Shown in pieces: positions 22,521-36,298 of a stretch of 41,182 nucleotides of DNA. Both the position numbers and the translations under genes were made by a program. The notes below the pieces were generated by a model. That model made no database searches, was not told where the DNA came from, and saw nothing but the letters and a program-made list of their open reading frames with translations. Source of the stretch: Escherichia coli (GTDB lineage Bacteria; Pseudomonadota; Gammaproteobacteria; Enterobacterales; Enterobacteriaceae); NCBI RefSeq assembly GCF_003334355.1, contig NZ_QOWP01000031.1. One strand, 5' to 3'. The stretch's first letter is position 1. Every line of letters begins with the position of its first letter.

Positions 22521-23600
22521 TTAATTAATTTCAAAATCCAAATCCAGGTCGTCTTCTTTTTCATCAGTCGAAGACCCATTTTTACGCGCCAGACTTTTCA
22601 GCACGTTCACACAAACAGCCGTCACCACTGCTCCGACAGCCACTGCGGCGATATAACCCAGCTTGCCTTCAACCACCGGCAGTACAATCAGACCACCCCA
22701 GCCTGCATAGCACTGCGCACCGACCAGCGCCGCAGTTACCGCACCACAAACAGAACCAACCATGATGGAAGGAATGACACGCAGCGGATCGGCAGCGGCG
22801 AAAGGAATCGCCCCTTCAGTAACCCCAACGCACCCCATCACCAGCGCCGCTTTACCAGTTTCGCGCTCTTCTGCGGAGAAATTTTTACGACCAATCAGCG
22901 TCGCCAGCCCCATCCCCAGCGGTGGAACACAAATCCCAACAGCGGCAATAGCCACCACGGTATAAACACCCTGAGCAACGCAAATCAGCATGAAGGCATA
23001 GGCCACTTTGTTAACCGGACCGCCCATATCGAACGCCAGCATCAGACCCATGATCACCGCCAGCATAACAATGCTGCCCTGCTGCATCCCCTGAAGCCAC
23101 TGAGTCAGGCTGTTGGTCAACGCCCCTACAGGCTCGCCCAAGCCCCACATCATGATGCCTGCGGTAATCAGTGTGCCGACGATAGGAATGATGAAGATAG
23201 GCATCACCGAGCGCAGAACTTTATGCACCGGAATTTTCTTCAGGTAATGCACCACGATGCCGCCGATAATCCCGGCGATCAGCGCACCAAAGAAGCCCGC
23301 ACCAAAGCTGTTACCAACCCAGGCACCGATAGCGCACGGAGCCAGCGCAGAACGCTCTGCAATGGAGTAACCAATGTAAGCGGCGAGGAAAGGCACCATC
23401 AGCGTCAAACCCGCAACGCCGATATCAAACAGTTTTTTCAGATTCGGATCGGCTACGGCATCCGGCACTGCGCCTTTGCCATACAACATGACGGAAACCG
23501 CCAGCAAAATACCGCCCGATACCACGAAGGGAATCATGTGTGAAACGCCCGTCATTAAATGCTGACGGGTATTTTTCAGGATCTGCACCAACTCATTCAT
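22521..23600 (-). CDS. frwC: PTS fructose-like EIIC permease FrwC
   Basis: Trimmed to MNELVQILKNTRQHLMTGVSHMIPFVV... (359 aa); polytopic membrane protein; cat at 23598-23600. Confidence 0.88.
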   Translation of the reverse strand: MNELVQILKNTRQHLMTGVSHMIPFVVSGGILLAVSVMLYGKGAVPDAVADPNLKKLFDIGVAGLTLMVPFLAAYIGYSIAERSALAPCAIGAWVGNSFGAGFFGALIAGIIGGIVVHYLKKIPVHKVLRSVMPIFIIPIVGTLITAGIMMWGLGEPVGALTNSLTQWLQGMQQGSIVMLAVIMGLMLAFDMGGPVNKVAYAFMLICVAQGVYTVVAIAAVGICVPPLGMGLATLIGRKNFSAEERETGKAALVMGCVGVTEGAIPFAAADPLRVIPSIMVGSVCGAVTAALVGAQCYAGWGGLIVLPVVEGKLGYIAAVAVGAVVTAVCVNVLKSLARKNGSSTDEKEDDLDLDFEIN

Positions 23601-23908
23601 AAGCTGCTCCCGGGCTTGCAAAAGCCCATGTCCATATTTTTGATGGAGGAAACAATAGGCAATCGCAGGCGGAGCAAACAGTGGATAAAAAGGCCATTTA
23701 CTGGACTTTTGTAATATCAGTACAAAAATGCGATCCGCCTCATAACTTGCGATAATCCGGAAGCATGCCGCAAAACGGCGTCTTGTGAGACGCGTCGCAA
23801 ATTGACGGTTACATTACATTTGTCCAGCTTTTGGCAGATTTGTCACATGGCAGGCCGTTGCCGTGCGCTCTTATCCTGTAAACAGAAAACCGTACCGGGA
23901 GAGAGGCA

Positions 23909-26410
23909 ATGGCCCTGATTGTGGAATTTATTTGTGAGCTACCTAACGGCGTACATGCACGTCCGGCAAGCCACGTTGAAACGCTGTGTAATACTTTTTC
24001 ATCACAAATTGAGTGGCATAACTTGCGCACTGACCGCAAGGGCAACGCCAAAAGCGCCCTTGCGCTGATTGGCACCGATACGCTGGTGGGCGATAACTGC
24101 CAGTTACTGATTTCCGGGGCCGACGAACAGGAAGCGCACCAGCGTTTAAGCCAATGGCTGCGCGATGAATTCCCCCACTGCGACGCACCGCTGGCGGAAG
24201 TTAAATCTGACGAACTGGAACCACTGCCGGTTTCACTGACCAATCTGAATCCGCAAATTATCCGCGCCCGCACCGTGTGCAGCGGTAGCGCAGGCGGCAT
24301 TCTGACGCCGATCTCTTCTTTAGATCTCAATGCGCTGGGTAATCTTCCTGTTGCCAAAGGCGTTGACGCCGAGCAATCCGCGCTGGAAAACGGCCTGACA
24401 CTGGTATTGAAAAACATTGAATTTCGACTGCTGGATAGCGACGGTGCTACCAGCGCGATACTGGAAGCTCACCGATCCCTGGCTGGCGATACTTCTTTAC
24501 GTCAGCACTTACTGGCAGGCGTCAGCGAGGGATTAAGCTGTGCCGAAGCGATTGTCGCCAGTGCACACCACTTCTGCGAAGAGTTCGCCCGTTCCAGCAG
24601 TAGCTACCTGCAAGAACGCGCCCTGGACGTACGCGACGTCTGCTTCCAGTTACTCCAGCAAATCTACGGTGAGCAACGCTTCCCGGCACCGGGAAAACTG
24701 ACGCAGCCCGCCATTTGTATGGCTGATGAACTGACCCCCAGCCAGTTCCTCGAACTGGATAAAAATCACCTCAAAGGATTGTTGCTCAAAAGCGGCGGCA
24801 CCACCTCACATACGGTGATCCTTGCCCGTTCGTTCAACATTCCAACGCTGGTTGGTGTGGATATTGATGCCCTCACTCCGTGGCAGCATCAGACGATTTA
24901 TATCGACGGCAACGCTGGGGCGATTGTGGTTGAGCCAGGGGAAGCCGTAGCCCGTTATTATCAGCAAGAAGCCCGCGTACAGGACGCCCTGCGTGAGCAA
25001 CAGCGTGTCTGGCTGACCCAACAAGCCCGTACCGCTGACGGTATCCGCATTGAAATTGCCGCTAACATCGCTCACTCCGTGGAAGCACAGGCCGCGTTCG
25101 GCAATGGTGTGGAAGGCGTTGGTTTGTTCCGCACTGAAATGCTCTATATGGATCGCACCAGTGCACCGGGCGAAAGCGAGCTGTACAACATTTTTTGTCA
25201 GGCGCTGGAGTCTGCCAACGGACGCAGCATTATTGTGCGCACTATGGACATTGGCGGCGACAAACCCGTTGATTATCTAAACATTCCCGCAGAGGCAAAC
25301 CCGTTCCTCGGTTATCGCGCGGTGCGTATTTATGAAGAATACGCCTCGCTGTTCACCACACAACTACGGTCGATCCTGCGCGCCTCCGCTCACGGCAGCC
25401 TGAAAATCATGATCCCGATGATCTCCTCAATGGAAGAGATCTTATGGGTGAAAGAAAAACTGGCGGAAGCCAAACAGCAACTGCGTAACGAACACATTCC
25501 GTTTGATGAGAAGATCCAGCTCGGCATTATGCTGGAAGTGCCGTCGGTGATGTTCATCATCGATCAATGCTGCGAAGAGATTGATTTCTTTAGTATTGGT
25601 AGTAATGACCTGACGCAGTATCTGCTGGCGGTGGATCGCGATAACGCTAAGGTTACTCGTCACTACAACAGCCTGAATCCGGCATTCTTGCGGGCGCTCG
25701 ATTACGCCGTGCAAGCGGTGCATCGCCAGGGAAAATGGATTGGTCTGTGCGGTGAGCTGGGAGCGAAAGGTTCCGTGCTGCCGTTGCTGGTCGGTTTAGG
25801 GCTGGATGAGCTGAGCATGAGCGCACCATCAATTCCGGCGGCGAAAGCGCGGATGGCGCAACTTGATAGCCGTGAGTGCCGCAAGTTGCTCAACCAGGCA
25901 ATGGCCTGCCGTACTTCGCTGGAAGTGGAACACCTGCTGGCGCAATTCCGCATGACCCAACAAGACGCACCGCTGGTCACCGCCGAGTGCATCACACTGG
26001 AAAGCGACTGGCGCAGCAAAGAAGAAGTACTCAAAGGCATGACCGATAACCTGCTGCTGGCGGGCCGCTGCCGCTATCCGCGTAAACTGGAAGCCGACTT
26101 GTGGGCGCGCGAGGCCGTTTTCTCTACCGGTCTGGGCTTTAGTTTTGCCATTCCACACAGCAAATCAGAACACATTGAGCAATCCACCATCAGCGTAGCG
26201 CGTCTGCAAGCGCCGGTGCGCTGGGGCGATGATGAAGCGCAATTCATCATTATGTTAACCCTGAACAAACACGCTGCGGGCGATCAGCATATGCGCATTT
26301 TCTCGCGCCTCGCTCGTCGCATCATGCACGAAGAATTCCGTAACGCGCTGGTTAACGCCGCCTCTGCCGACGCTATCGCCAGCCTGCTGCAACATGAACT
26401 GGAACTGTAA
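23909..26410 (+). CDS. ptsA: Multiphosphoryl-transfer PTS protein PtsA/FrwA (HPr-like + Enzyme I + EIIA-Fru-like)
   Basis: 833-aa ORF; N-terminal HPr-like segment with His ([13 protein letters not shown]), central PEP-utilising Enzyme I region ([21 protein letters not shown]), C-terminal EIIA domain. Confidence 0.88.
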   Translation: MALIVEFICELPNGVHARPASHVETLCNTFSSQIEWHNLRTDRKGNAKSALALIGTDTLVGDNCQLLISGADEQEAHQRLSQWLRDEFPHCDAPLAEVKSDELEPLPVSLTNLNPQIIRARTVCSGSAGGILTPISSLDLNALGNLPVAKGVDAEQSALENGLTLVLKNIEFRLLDSDGATSAILEAHRSLAGDTSLRQHLLAGVSEGLSCAEAIVASAHHFCEEFARSSSSYLQERALDVRDVCFQLLQQIYGEQRFPAPGKLTQPAICMADELTPSQFLELDKNHLKGLLLKSGGTTSHTVILARSFNIPTLVGVDIDALTPWQHQTIYIDGNAGAIVVEPGEAVARYYQQEARVQDALREQQRVWLTQQARTADGIRIEIAANIAHSVEAQAAFGNGVEGVGLFRTEMLYMDRTSAPGESELYNIFCQALESANGRSIIVRTMDIGGDKPVDYLNIPAEANPFLGYRAVRIYEEYASLFTTQLRSILRASAHGSLKIMIPMISSMEEILWVKEKLAEAKQQLRNEHIPFDEKIQLGIMLEVPSVMFIIDQCCEEIDFFSIGSNDLTQYLLAVDRDNAKVTRHYNSLNPAFLRALDYAVQAVHRQGKWIGLCGELGAKGSVLPLLVGLGLDELSMSAPSIPAAKARMAQLDSRECRKLLNQAMACRTSLEVEHLLAQFRMTQQDAPLVTAECITLESDWRSKEEVLKGMTDNLLLAGRCRYPRKLEADLWAREAVFSTGLGFSFAIPHSKSEHIEQSTISVARLQAPVRWGDDEAQFIIMLTLNKHAAGDQHMRIFSRLARRIMHEEFRNALVNAASADAIASLLQHELEL

Positions 26411-26421
26411 AAGGAAACATC

Positions 26422-27084
26422 ATGGAACTGTATCTGGACACCGCTAACGTCGCAGAAGTCGAACGTCTGGCACGCATATTCCCCATTGCCGGGGTGACAA
26501 CTAACCCGAGCATTATCGCTGCCAGCAAGGAGTCCATCTGGGAAGTGCTGCCGCGTCTGCAAAAAGCGATTGGTGATGAGGGCATTCTGTTTGCTCAGAC
26601 TATGAGTCGTGACGCGCAGGGTATGGTGGAAGAAGCGAAGCGCCTGCGCGACGCCATTCCGGGCATCGTGGTGAAAATCCCGGTGACTTCCGAAGGTCTG
26701 GCCGCCATTAAGATGCTGAAAAAAGAAGGTATTACTACACTTGGCACCGCTGTATATAGCGCCGCACAAGGGTTATTAGCCGCACTGGCAGGGGCAAAAT
26801 ACGTTGCTCCGTATGTTAACCGCGTAGATGCCCAAGGCGGAGACGGCATTCGTACGGTTCAGGAGCTGCAAGCACTGTTAGAAATGCACGCGCCAGAAAG
26901 CATGGTGCTGGCAGCCAGCTTTAAAACGCCGCGTCAGGCGCTGGACTGTTTACTGGCAGGATGTGAATCCATCACCCTGCCCTTAGATGTAGCGCAACAA
27001 ATGCTCAACACCCCTGCGGTAGAGTCAGCTATAGAGAAGTTCGAACACGACTGGAATGCCGCATTTGGCACTACTCATCTCTAA
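26422..27084 (+). CDS. fsaB: Fructose-6-phosphate aldolase 2 FsaB (TalC)
   Basis: 220-aa [36 protein letters not shown]...; transaldolase-like family. Confidence 0.9.
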
Positions 27085-27094
27085 AGGAGCAATT

Positions 27095-28198
27095 ATGGAC
27101 CGCATTATTCAATCACCGGGTAAATACATCCAGGGCGCTGATGTGATTAATCGTCTGGGCGAATACCTGAAGCCGCTGGCAGAACGCTGGTTAGTGGTGG
27201 GTGACAAATTTGTTTTAGGTTTTGCTCAATCCACTGTCGAGAAAAGCTTTAAAGATGCTGGACTGGTAGTAGAAATTGCGCCGTTTGGCGGTGAATGTTC
27301 GCAAAATGAGATCGACCGTCTGCGTGGCATCGCGGAGACTGCGCAGTGTGGCGCAATTCTCGGTATCGGTGGCGGAAAAACCCTCGATACTGCCAAAGCA
27401 CTGGCACATTTCATGGGTGTTCCGGTAGCGATCGCACCGACTATCGCCTCTACCGATGCACCGTGCAGCGCATTGTCTGTTATCTACACCGATGAGGGTG
27501 AGTTTGACCGCTATCTGCTGTTGCCAAATAACCCGAATATGGTCATTGTCGACACCAAAATCGTCGCTGGCGCACCTGCACGTCTGTTAGCGGCGGGTAT
27601 CGGCGATGCGCTGGCAACCTGGTTTGAAGCGCGTGCCTGCTCTCGTAGCGGCGCGACCACCATGGCGGGCGGCAAGTGCACCCAGGCTGCGCTGGCACTG
27701 GCTGAACTGTGCTACAACACCCTGCTGGAAGAAGGCGAAAAAGCGATGCTTGCTGCCGAACAGCATGTAGTGACTCCGGCGCTGGAGCGCGTGATTGAAG
27801 CGAACACCTATTTAAGCGGTGTAGGCTTTGAAAGTGGTGGTCTGGCTGCGGCGCACGCAGTGCATAACGGCCTGACCGCTATCCCGGACGCGCATCACTA
27901 TTATCACGGTGAAAAAGTGGCATTTGGTACGCTGACGCAGCTGGTTCTGGAAAACGCACCGGTTGAGGAAATCGAAACCGTAGCTGCACTTAGCCATGCG
28001 GTAGGTTTGCCAATAACTCTCGCTCAACTGGATATTAAAGAAGATGTCCCGGCGAAAATGCGAATTGTGGCAGAAGCGGCATGTGCAGAAGGTGAAACCA
28101 TCCACAACATGCCTGGCGGCGCGACGCCAGATCAGGTTTACGCCGCTCTGCTGGTAGCCGACCAGTACGGTCAGCGTTTCCTGCAAGAGTGGGAATAA
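27095..28198 (+). CDS. gldA: Glycerol dehydrogenase GldA
   Basis: Trimmed to [24 protein letters not shown]... (367 aa); iron-containing alcohol dehydrogenase family; atg at 27095. Confidence 0.92.
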
Positions 28199-28205
28199 CC
28201 TACTC

Positions 28206-28230
28206 CAAACTCCCGGCTTGTCCGGGAGTT
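28206..28230 (+). terminator. Hairpin immediately after gldA (possible terminator)
   Basis: AAACTCCCGG-CTTGT-CCGGGAGTTT: perfect 10-bp stem, but only a weak T-tract follows, so function as an intrinsic terminator is uncertain. Confidence 0.45.
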
Positions 28231-28243
28231 TGAACGCAAAATT

Positions 28244-28343
28244 GCCTGATGCGCTACGCTTATCAGGCCTACGCAATCTCTGCAATATATTGAATTTGCG
28301 TGCTTTTGTAGGCCGGATAAGGCGTTCACTCCGCATCCGGCAC
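28244..28343. repeat. REP/BIME cluster
   Basis: GCCTGATGCGCTACGCTTATCAGGCCTACG ... TGTAGGCCGGATAAGGCGTTCACTCCGCATCCGGCAC; almost the same arrangement as the cluster at 38083-38181. Confidence 0.8.
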
Positions 28344-28472
28344 TCTGTGCCAGTAATCTGAAACTCCCACGTTGTTCAGGAATTTTTTATCCGCTTCTGG
28401 ACATTTTCTCTACAGAACAATCGTTAGCCCGGAAGGTCGAATCTGTGACTCTTATTTTCACGGACGAACCAG

Positions 28473-29090
28473 ATGAAAGCTTCACTGGCGCTGCTCAGCC
28501 TGCTAACGGCATTTACCAGCCACTCCTTAAAATCTCCCGCCGTTCCACCAACCGTGGTACAAATCCAGGCCAATACCAACCTTGCCATCGCAGACGGTGC
28601 CAGACAGCAAATTGGCAGCACGCTATTTTACGATCCGGCGTATGTGCAGCTTACTTATCCTGGCGGTGATGTTCCGCAAGAACGCGGTGTATGTTCCGAT
28701 GTGGTGATCCGCGCATTGCGCAGCCAGAAGGTCGATTTGCAGAAACTGGTTCACGAAGATATGGCGAAGAATTTTGCTGAGTACCCGCAAAAATGGAAGT
28801 TAAAGCGCCCGGACAGCAACATCGATCACCGTCGGGTGCCTAATCTGGAAACCTGGTTTAGCCGCCATGATAAAACACGCCCCACCAGCAAGAACCCCAG
28901 TGACTATCAAGCGGGCGATATTGTCTCCTGGCGACTGGATAACGGGCTGGCACATATTGGGGTGGTTTCAGATGGCTTCGCCCGCGACGGTACGCCGCTG
29001 GTGATACATAACATTGGCGCAGGCGCGCAGGAAGAAGATGTGCTGTTTAACTGGCGGATGGTGGGGCATTATCGTTATTTTGTTAAATAA
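28473..29090 (+). CDS. yijF: DUF1287-family protein YijF (predicted secreted)
   Basis: 205-aa ORF with N-terminal signal-peptide-like segment (MKASLALLSLLTAFTSHS); synteny with K-12 yijF. Confidence 0.8.
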   Translation: MKASLALLSLLTAFTSHSLKSPAVPPTVVQIQANTNLAIADGARQQIGSTLFYDPAYVQLTYPGGDVPQERGVCSDVVIRALRSQKVDLQKLVHEDMAKNFAEYPQKWKLKRPDSNIDHRRVPNLETWFSRHDKTRPTSKNPSDYQAGDIVSWRLDNGLAHIGVVSDGFARDGTPLVIHNIGAGAQEEDVLFNWRMVGHYRYFVK

Positions 29091-29116
29091 GAGATCGCCC
29101 CACATGAAGAAAAAAT

Positions 29117-30022
29117 TCAGATCCTTTTTACACTGACGGCTTCTTTTTTCTTACGGCTCACCAGCGCCAGTGCCAGCACAATCAGCACAATACCGCTACC
29201 CTCAACCGCGCCAGGATTCTCACCGAGCAGCCACCAGGAAAAGAGTACGCCGCAAACGGGAACGGCCAGTGTGCTTAAGCTGGCAATACTGGCAGGCAAG
29301 TTTTTCAATACAAACAACCATAAGCTCCACGCCAGCGCCGTCGCCAGAATCGCACTGTAGGCCAGCGCCCAGAACACGGTGGGTTGCCAGTCAATTTCAC
29401 GTTGCGGTACCAGTAAAGCGACCACACTCATCACCAGCGCCGCATACAGCATCTGCCAGGATGTTAACGACAATAAATCCACGCGCGGATGACGGGCGTA
29501 AAGGCGTTTAGCGACAATGGCGCTCGCCCCCCAACTGACACCGGAGAGGATCGCCAGCATGGCGCTTTTCATCGAAGAGAAATCGAGTTGCCACGGCTGC
29601 AACACCAAAAATAAACCGAAAGCGGCAATCAGAATCGCGAAATATTGCCCACGTCGCAGGCGTTCACCGAGAAACAACGCGGCGAAAATCACTACCCAGA
29701 ACGGCATGGTATAGCTCAGGATCGCTACTTTCCCCGCTCCGCCGCTGACCAGCGCCCACTGCGCCAGACCAACCATCCCACAGGTTTGTAACAGGGCAAT
29801 GGCTAAGGTGTAATTAAACGGCGTCGGGCGCATTCCGCGACCACGTAATAAAAGGACGATGAATAAAACGAGAGCGCCGAAAATGCAGCGTAAGGCGGTG
29901 AAGTCGAAGGCACCGATGTAGCTGGTGACTTGCTTCATGAAAATCCAGCTATAACTCCAGATAAGTGTGAGCACAACCAGGCCACTGATTGCCAGTGGGT
30001 TGCTCTTTCCTGCGGCAGACAT
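29117..30022 (-). CDS. yijE: EamA/DMT-family transporter YijE
   Basis: Trimmed to [26 protein letters not shown]... (301 aa); about 10 TM segments; cat at 30020-30022. Confidence 0.85.
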   Translation of the reverse strand: MSAAGKSNPLAISGLVVLTLIWSYSWIFMKQVTSYIGAFDFTALRCIFGALVLFIVLLLRGRGMRPTPFNYTLAIALLQTCGMVGLAQWALVSGGAGKVAILSYTMPFWVVIFAALFLGERLRRGQYFAILIAAFGLFLVLQPWQLDFSSMKSAMLAILSGVSWGASAIVAKRLYARHPRVDLLSLTSWQMLYAALVMSVVALLVPQREIDWQPTVFWALAYSAILATALAWSLWLFVLKNLPASIASLSTLAVPVCGVLFSWWLLGENPGAVEGSGIVLIVLALALVSRKKKEAVSVKRI

Positions 30023-30069
30023 GAGAGATCCAGTGTGTAGTTTTCCTGTGGACACTATACGCCGGTAAA

Positions 30070-30106
30070 GAAACTTCAGCGACTGCCTGAAAGGCAGTCG
30101 CTGAAG
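30070..30106 (-). terminator. Rho-independent terminator of katG
   Basis: Minus-strand CTTCAGCGACTGCC-TTTCA-GGCAGTCGCTGAAG followed by TTTCTTT, just downstream of the katG stop. Confidence 0.7.
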
Positions 30107-30115
30107 AAGGTCAGA

Positions 30116-32420
<2,305 letters not shown>

Positions 32421-32624
32421 AAATTGATCTTAATTAAGCTTTTTTGATTATGTCCGAATTCGGACAAATGCTTTATAAAAAAGGGTTTTAGCTTCATATC
32501 CTTCAAGTAATGAGGGAGAAAACAAGGCTGATAACCTTATTTTCCCGCCCTCATTTCGAGGCAGCATTTTGTGCTCTGTTTAAAATTTGTGATCACTGTG
32601 TGATTTTCACAAAAGCCACACTAT

Positions 32625-33518
<894 letters not shown>

Positions 33519-33572
33519 TTACCTCATCAATCGCTTGTAGTTATATGTTGTGTTGTGCACATCTATCCGTTT

Positions 33573-33612
33573 AGACGTCCAGATGTAAAGATGAAGGAAA
33601 AGCCGAAGGGCG
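33573..33612 (-). promoter_or_regulatory. MetJ operator (tandem met boxes) upstream of metF
   Basis: Tandem 8-mers AGACGTCC AGATGTAA AGATGAAG GAAAAGCC resembling the AGACGTCT met-box consensus, about 60-95 bp upstream of the metF ATG. Confidence 0.6.
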
Positions 33613-33863
33613 TCAACCGAAAAATGACCAATGATGGTGAGGAAAAATCAGGGAAGATGAAAAAACTTCAGGATGGTAAGAAAAAGAAAATCCGGTATGC
33701 AAAGCAAACCGGACTGCAAATATAAACTAACCATGTACTTATTGCTTCTTGCCGGATTCGTCGTAAACGCTTAATCCGGCCTAATCCTATGATAATTCAA
33801 TATATTTCATTAGAAACCATAAACCCGAAAACATGAGTACCGGGCATTATTAAATTTCTGAAA

Positions 33864-36296
33864 TTACAACAACTGTGCCAGCCGGTTGATATCCGACTGA
33901 ATCGCCCCGGCGGTGACGTCGCGCCCCGCGCCAGGCCCACGGATCACCAGCGGGTTGTCGCGATACCAGCGGCTTTCGATGGCAAAGACGTTATCGCACG
34001 GCAGCAGTGATGCCAGCGGATGGTCTTCACGCACCGCCTCCACGCCCACACGCGCTTTGCCGTTGGCATCGAAACGCGCCACGTAGCGTAGCACCAGCCC
34101 CATTTCGCGGGCCGCTTCCAGCCGTTGCACCATCTGCTCGTTAAGTTCATCGCCATTTTCAAAGAAATGGTCGATGCTGCCGCCTTCGCAATGAGCAGGC
34201 ACCAGCGATTCCACACGTACCTGGTCCGGTTCAATGTTGTAACCCGCTTCACGCGCCAGAATTACCAGCTTGCGCATTACGTCTTTGCCGGAGAGGTCGT
34301 CACGCGGATCAGGCTCGGTTAAGCCCTGCTGCCACGCCTGATCCACCAGCTCGGTAAACGGCACGCTACCGTCGAATTGCAGGAACAGCCAGGAGAGCGT
34401 GCCGGAGAAGATCCCGCTGATCGACAAAATAGTATCGCCGCTGTCGATCAGATCGCGCACGGTGTGGTTGATCGGCAAGCCCGCACCGACGGTGGCATTG
34501 TACAGCCAGTGACGCCCGGTTTTTTCGAAGGCGTCGTGGATCTGGCGATATTTATTGCTGTCGCTGGCTCCCGCCAGTTTGTTGGCGCTGATAACGTGGA
34601 AACCGTGGCTGGCGAAATCAAGATACTGATCAGCAAGCTGCTGGCTGGCGGTAACGTCCAGCACCACTAAATCATCATACGGATGGGCGCGCATCCACAG
34701 GAACAACGACTCTTCATCCTGCTCAACCGCTTCATCGTTGAAGAAGGCTAACGCGCGGCTGGCGTCCAGCCCGTCATAGCTCAACAGGCTGCGGCGGCTG
34801 TCCACCACACCTGCCAGCACAAACTCAAAGCCGGTACGTGCCGAAAGCGTACTCTGCTCACGGGCGAACAGTTCCAGCCAACGGGAACCGATATTGCCCT
34901 TACCGAACAATACCAGGCCGATGCGTTTTTCTGCGCGGAAGACGGACTGATGCAGCCCCTGAATCAGGCTTTCGGTCGGGCCGGTGCGCAGTACTGCCAC
35001 CAGGCTGATGCCGTCATCGGACTGCCAGGTAAATTCGACCGGCTGGCCTTTCAGTTGCTGCCAGAAGCGGTGGCAATGCAGCGGGTTACGGGTGACGCCT
35101 GCACCGACCATCGCCACCAGCGCCAGCCCCTGACGCAGGCGCAGTTCGCCAGGTAATCCCGCTTCGTCGAGGATTTTCAGCGCACTGTCGGCCACTTCTG
35201 AGGTGTAGCAAAATTGCAGCAACTGGCGATCGTTATGTACGCCAACCGCCAGCGGGCGTACCTGCGCGCGTTTCAGGATTTGGTCGATCTCTTTATGCGC
35301 CAGTTTGAAATCCTGACTGGCGGGCACCTGAAACTCAATCAAACAGACATCATCGTGGCTGGTGACAATACGCGCACCAGTACCGGAGGCCAGCACGCGT
35401 TCAATGCGCGTGGAACCTTGATCCGGCGTGTAGCTACAGCGCAGTTGCAGGTCGATTTCGCTGCCAGAAACCGGCTGTAAAGTACGGGCGTGAAGAACGG
35501 GAGCCGCCAGGCGCGCCAGTTCGCTGGCCTCATCCAGACGCAGCAACGGCAGCAGGCAGGCATCTTTCACTTTACGCGGGTCGGCACTGTATACCCCGGC
35601 GACGTCGCTCCAGATGGTTACGCGAGAAACACCCGCCAGCGCACCGATTTGTGTCGCGGAATAGTCGGAACCGTTACGCCCCAGCAGCACCGTTTCACCG
35701 GCGTTGTTGCGGCTGATAAATCCGGTCACCACCAGACGTTTGCCCGGATGTTGCACCAGCAGCTGTTGCAGCAACGGGTAAGAAAGCCCTTCATCAACCT
35801 GCGGTTGTGCGGCGCGTTCAGCGCGTAAAAACTCGCGGGCATCAAGCCAGGCCGCTGGCAGCCCTTGTTGATTAAGTACCGCAGACATCAGGCGTGCCGA
35901 CCATACTTCCCCGTGGCCCACCACTTCCGCATACACTGCGTCGTTAATACCGCTGTCGAGCAGCGCCGCCAGGCGCTCAAGGTCGCTGACAAAAGCGCTA
36001 ATGAGGCTATCGGCTTCTTCAGCGGGTAGCAGACCGCTAATCAGATCACACTGATAGCGACGCAGCGTTTGTTGAACCTGATGCGCAGAGAGACGATCGG
36101 TCTGGCTTAGTTTCAACCAGTTAATCAACTGGTTAGTGGTGCTACCGGCAGCGGAAACCACCATCATATCGTCAGGCTGAGAGTACTCCGCCATAATGCC
36201 CGCGACACGCAAATAACACTTCACATCAGCCAGACTACTGCCACCAAATTTATGCAGCTGACGACCTTTCGCCCCTGCCTGCGCAATCACACTCAT
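33864..36296 (-). CDS. metL: Bifunctional aspartokinase II / homoserine dehydrogenase II MetL
   Basis: 810-aa ORF MSVIAQAGAKGRQLHKFGGSSLADVKCY...; aspartokinase N-terminal plus homoserine dehydrogenase C-terminal. Confidence 0.93.
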   Translation of the reverse strand: MSVIAQAGAKGRQLHKFGGSSLADVKCYLRVAGIMAEYSQPDDMMVVSAAGSTTNQLINWLKLSQTDRLSAHQVQQTLRRYQCDLISGLLPAEEADSLISAFVSDLERLAALLDSGINDAVYAEVVGHGEVWSARLMSAVLNQQGLPAAWLDAREFLRAERAAQPQVDEGLSYPLLQQLLVQHPGKRLVVTGFISRNNAGETVLLGRNGSDYSATQIGALAGVSRVTIWSDVAGVYSADPRKVKDACLLPLLRLDEASELARLAAPVLHARTLQPVSGSEIDLQLRCSYTPDQGSTRIERVLASGTGARIVTSHDDVCLIEFQVPASQDFKLAHKEIDQILKRAQVRPLAVGVHNDRQLLQFCYTSEVADSALKILDEAGLPGELRLRQGLALVAMVGAGVTRNPLHCHRFWQQLKGQPVEFTWQSDDGISLVAVLRTGPTESLIQGLHQSVFRAEKRIGLVLFGKGNIGSRWLELFAREQSTLSARTGFEFVLAGVVDSRRSLLSYDGLDASRALAFFNDEAVEQDEESLFLWMRAHPYDDLVVLDVTASQQLADQYLDFASHGFHVISANKLAGASDSNKYRQIHDAFEKTGRHWLYNATVGAGLPINHTVRDLIDSGDTILSISGIFSGTLSWLFLQFDGSVPFTELVDQAWQQGLTEPDPRDDLSGKDVMRKLVILAREAGYNIEPDQVRVESLVPAHCEGGSIDHFFENGDELNEQMVQRLEAAREMGLVLRYVARFDANGKARVGVEAVREDHPLASLLPCDNVFAIESRWYRDNPLVIRGPGAGRDVTAGAIQSDINRLAQLL

Positions 36297-36298
36297 TT

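Noticed and set aside
23809-24417. 202-aa minus-strand ORF overlapping the ptsA 5' region
   Set aside because: Antisense to ptsA; Ser/Arg-rich shadow frame with no independent support.
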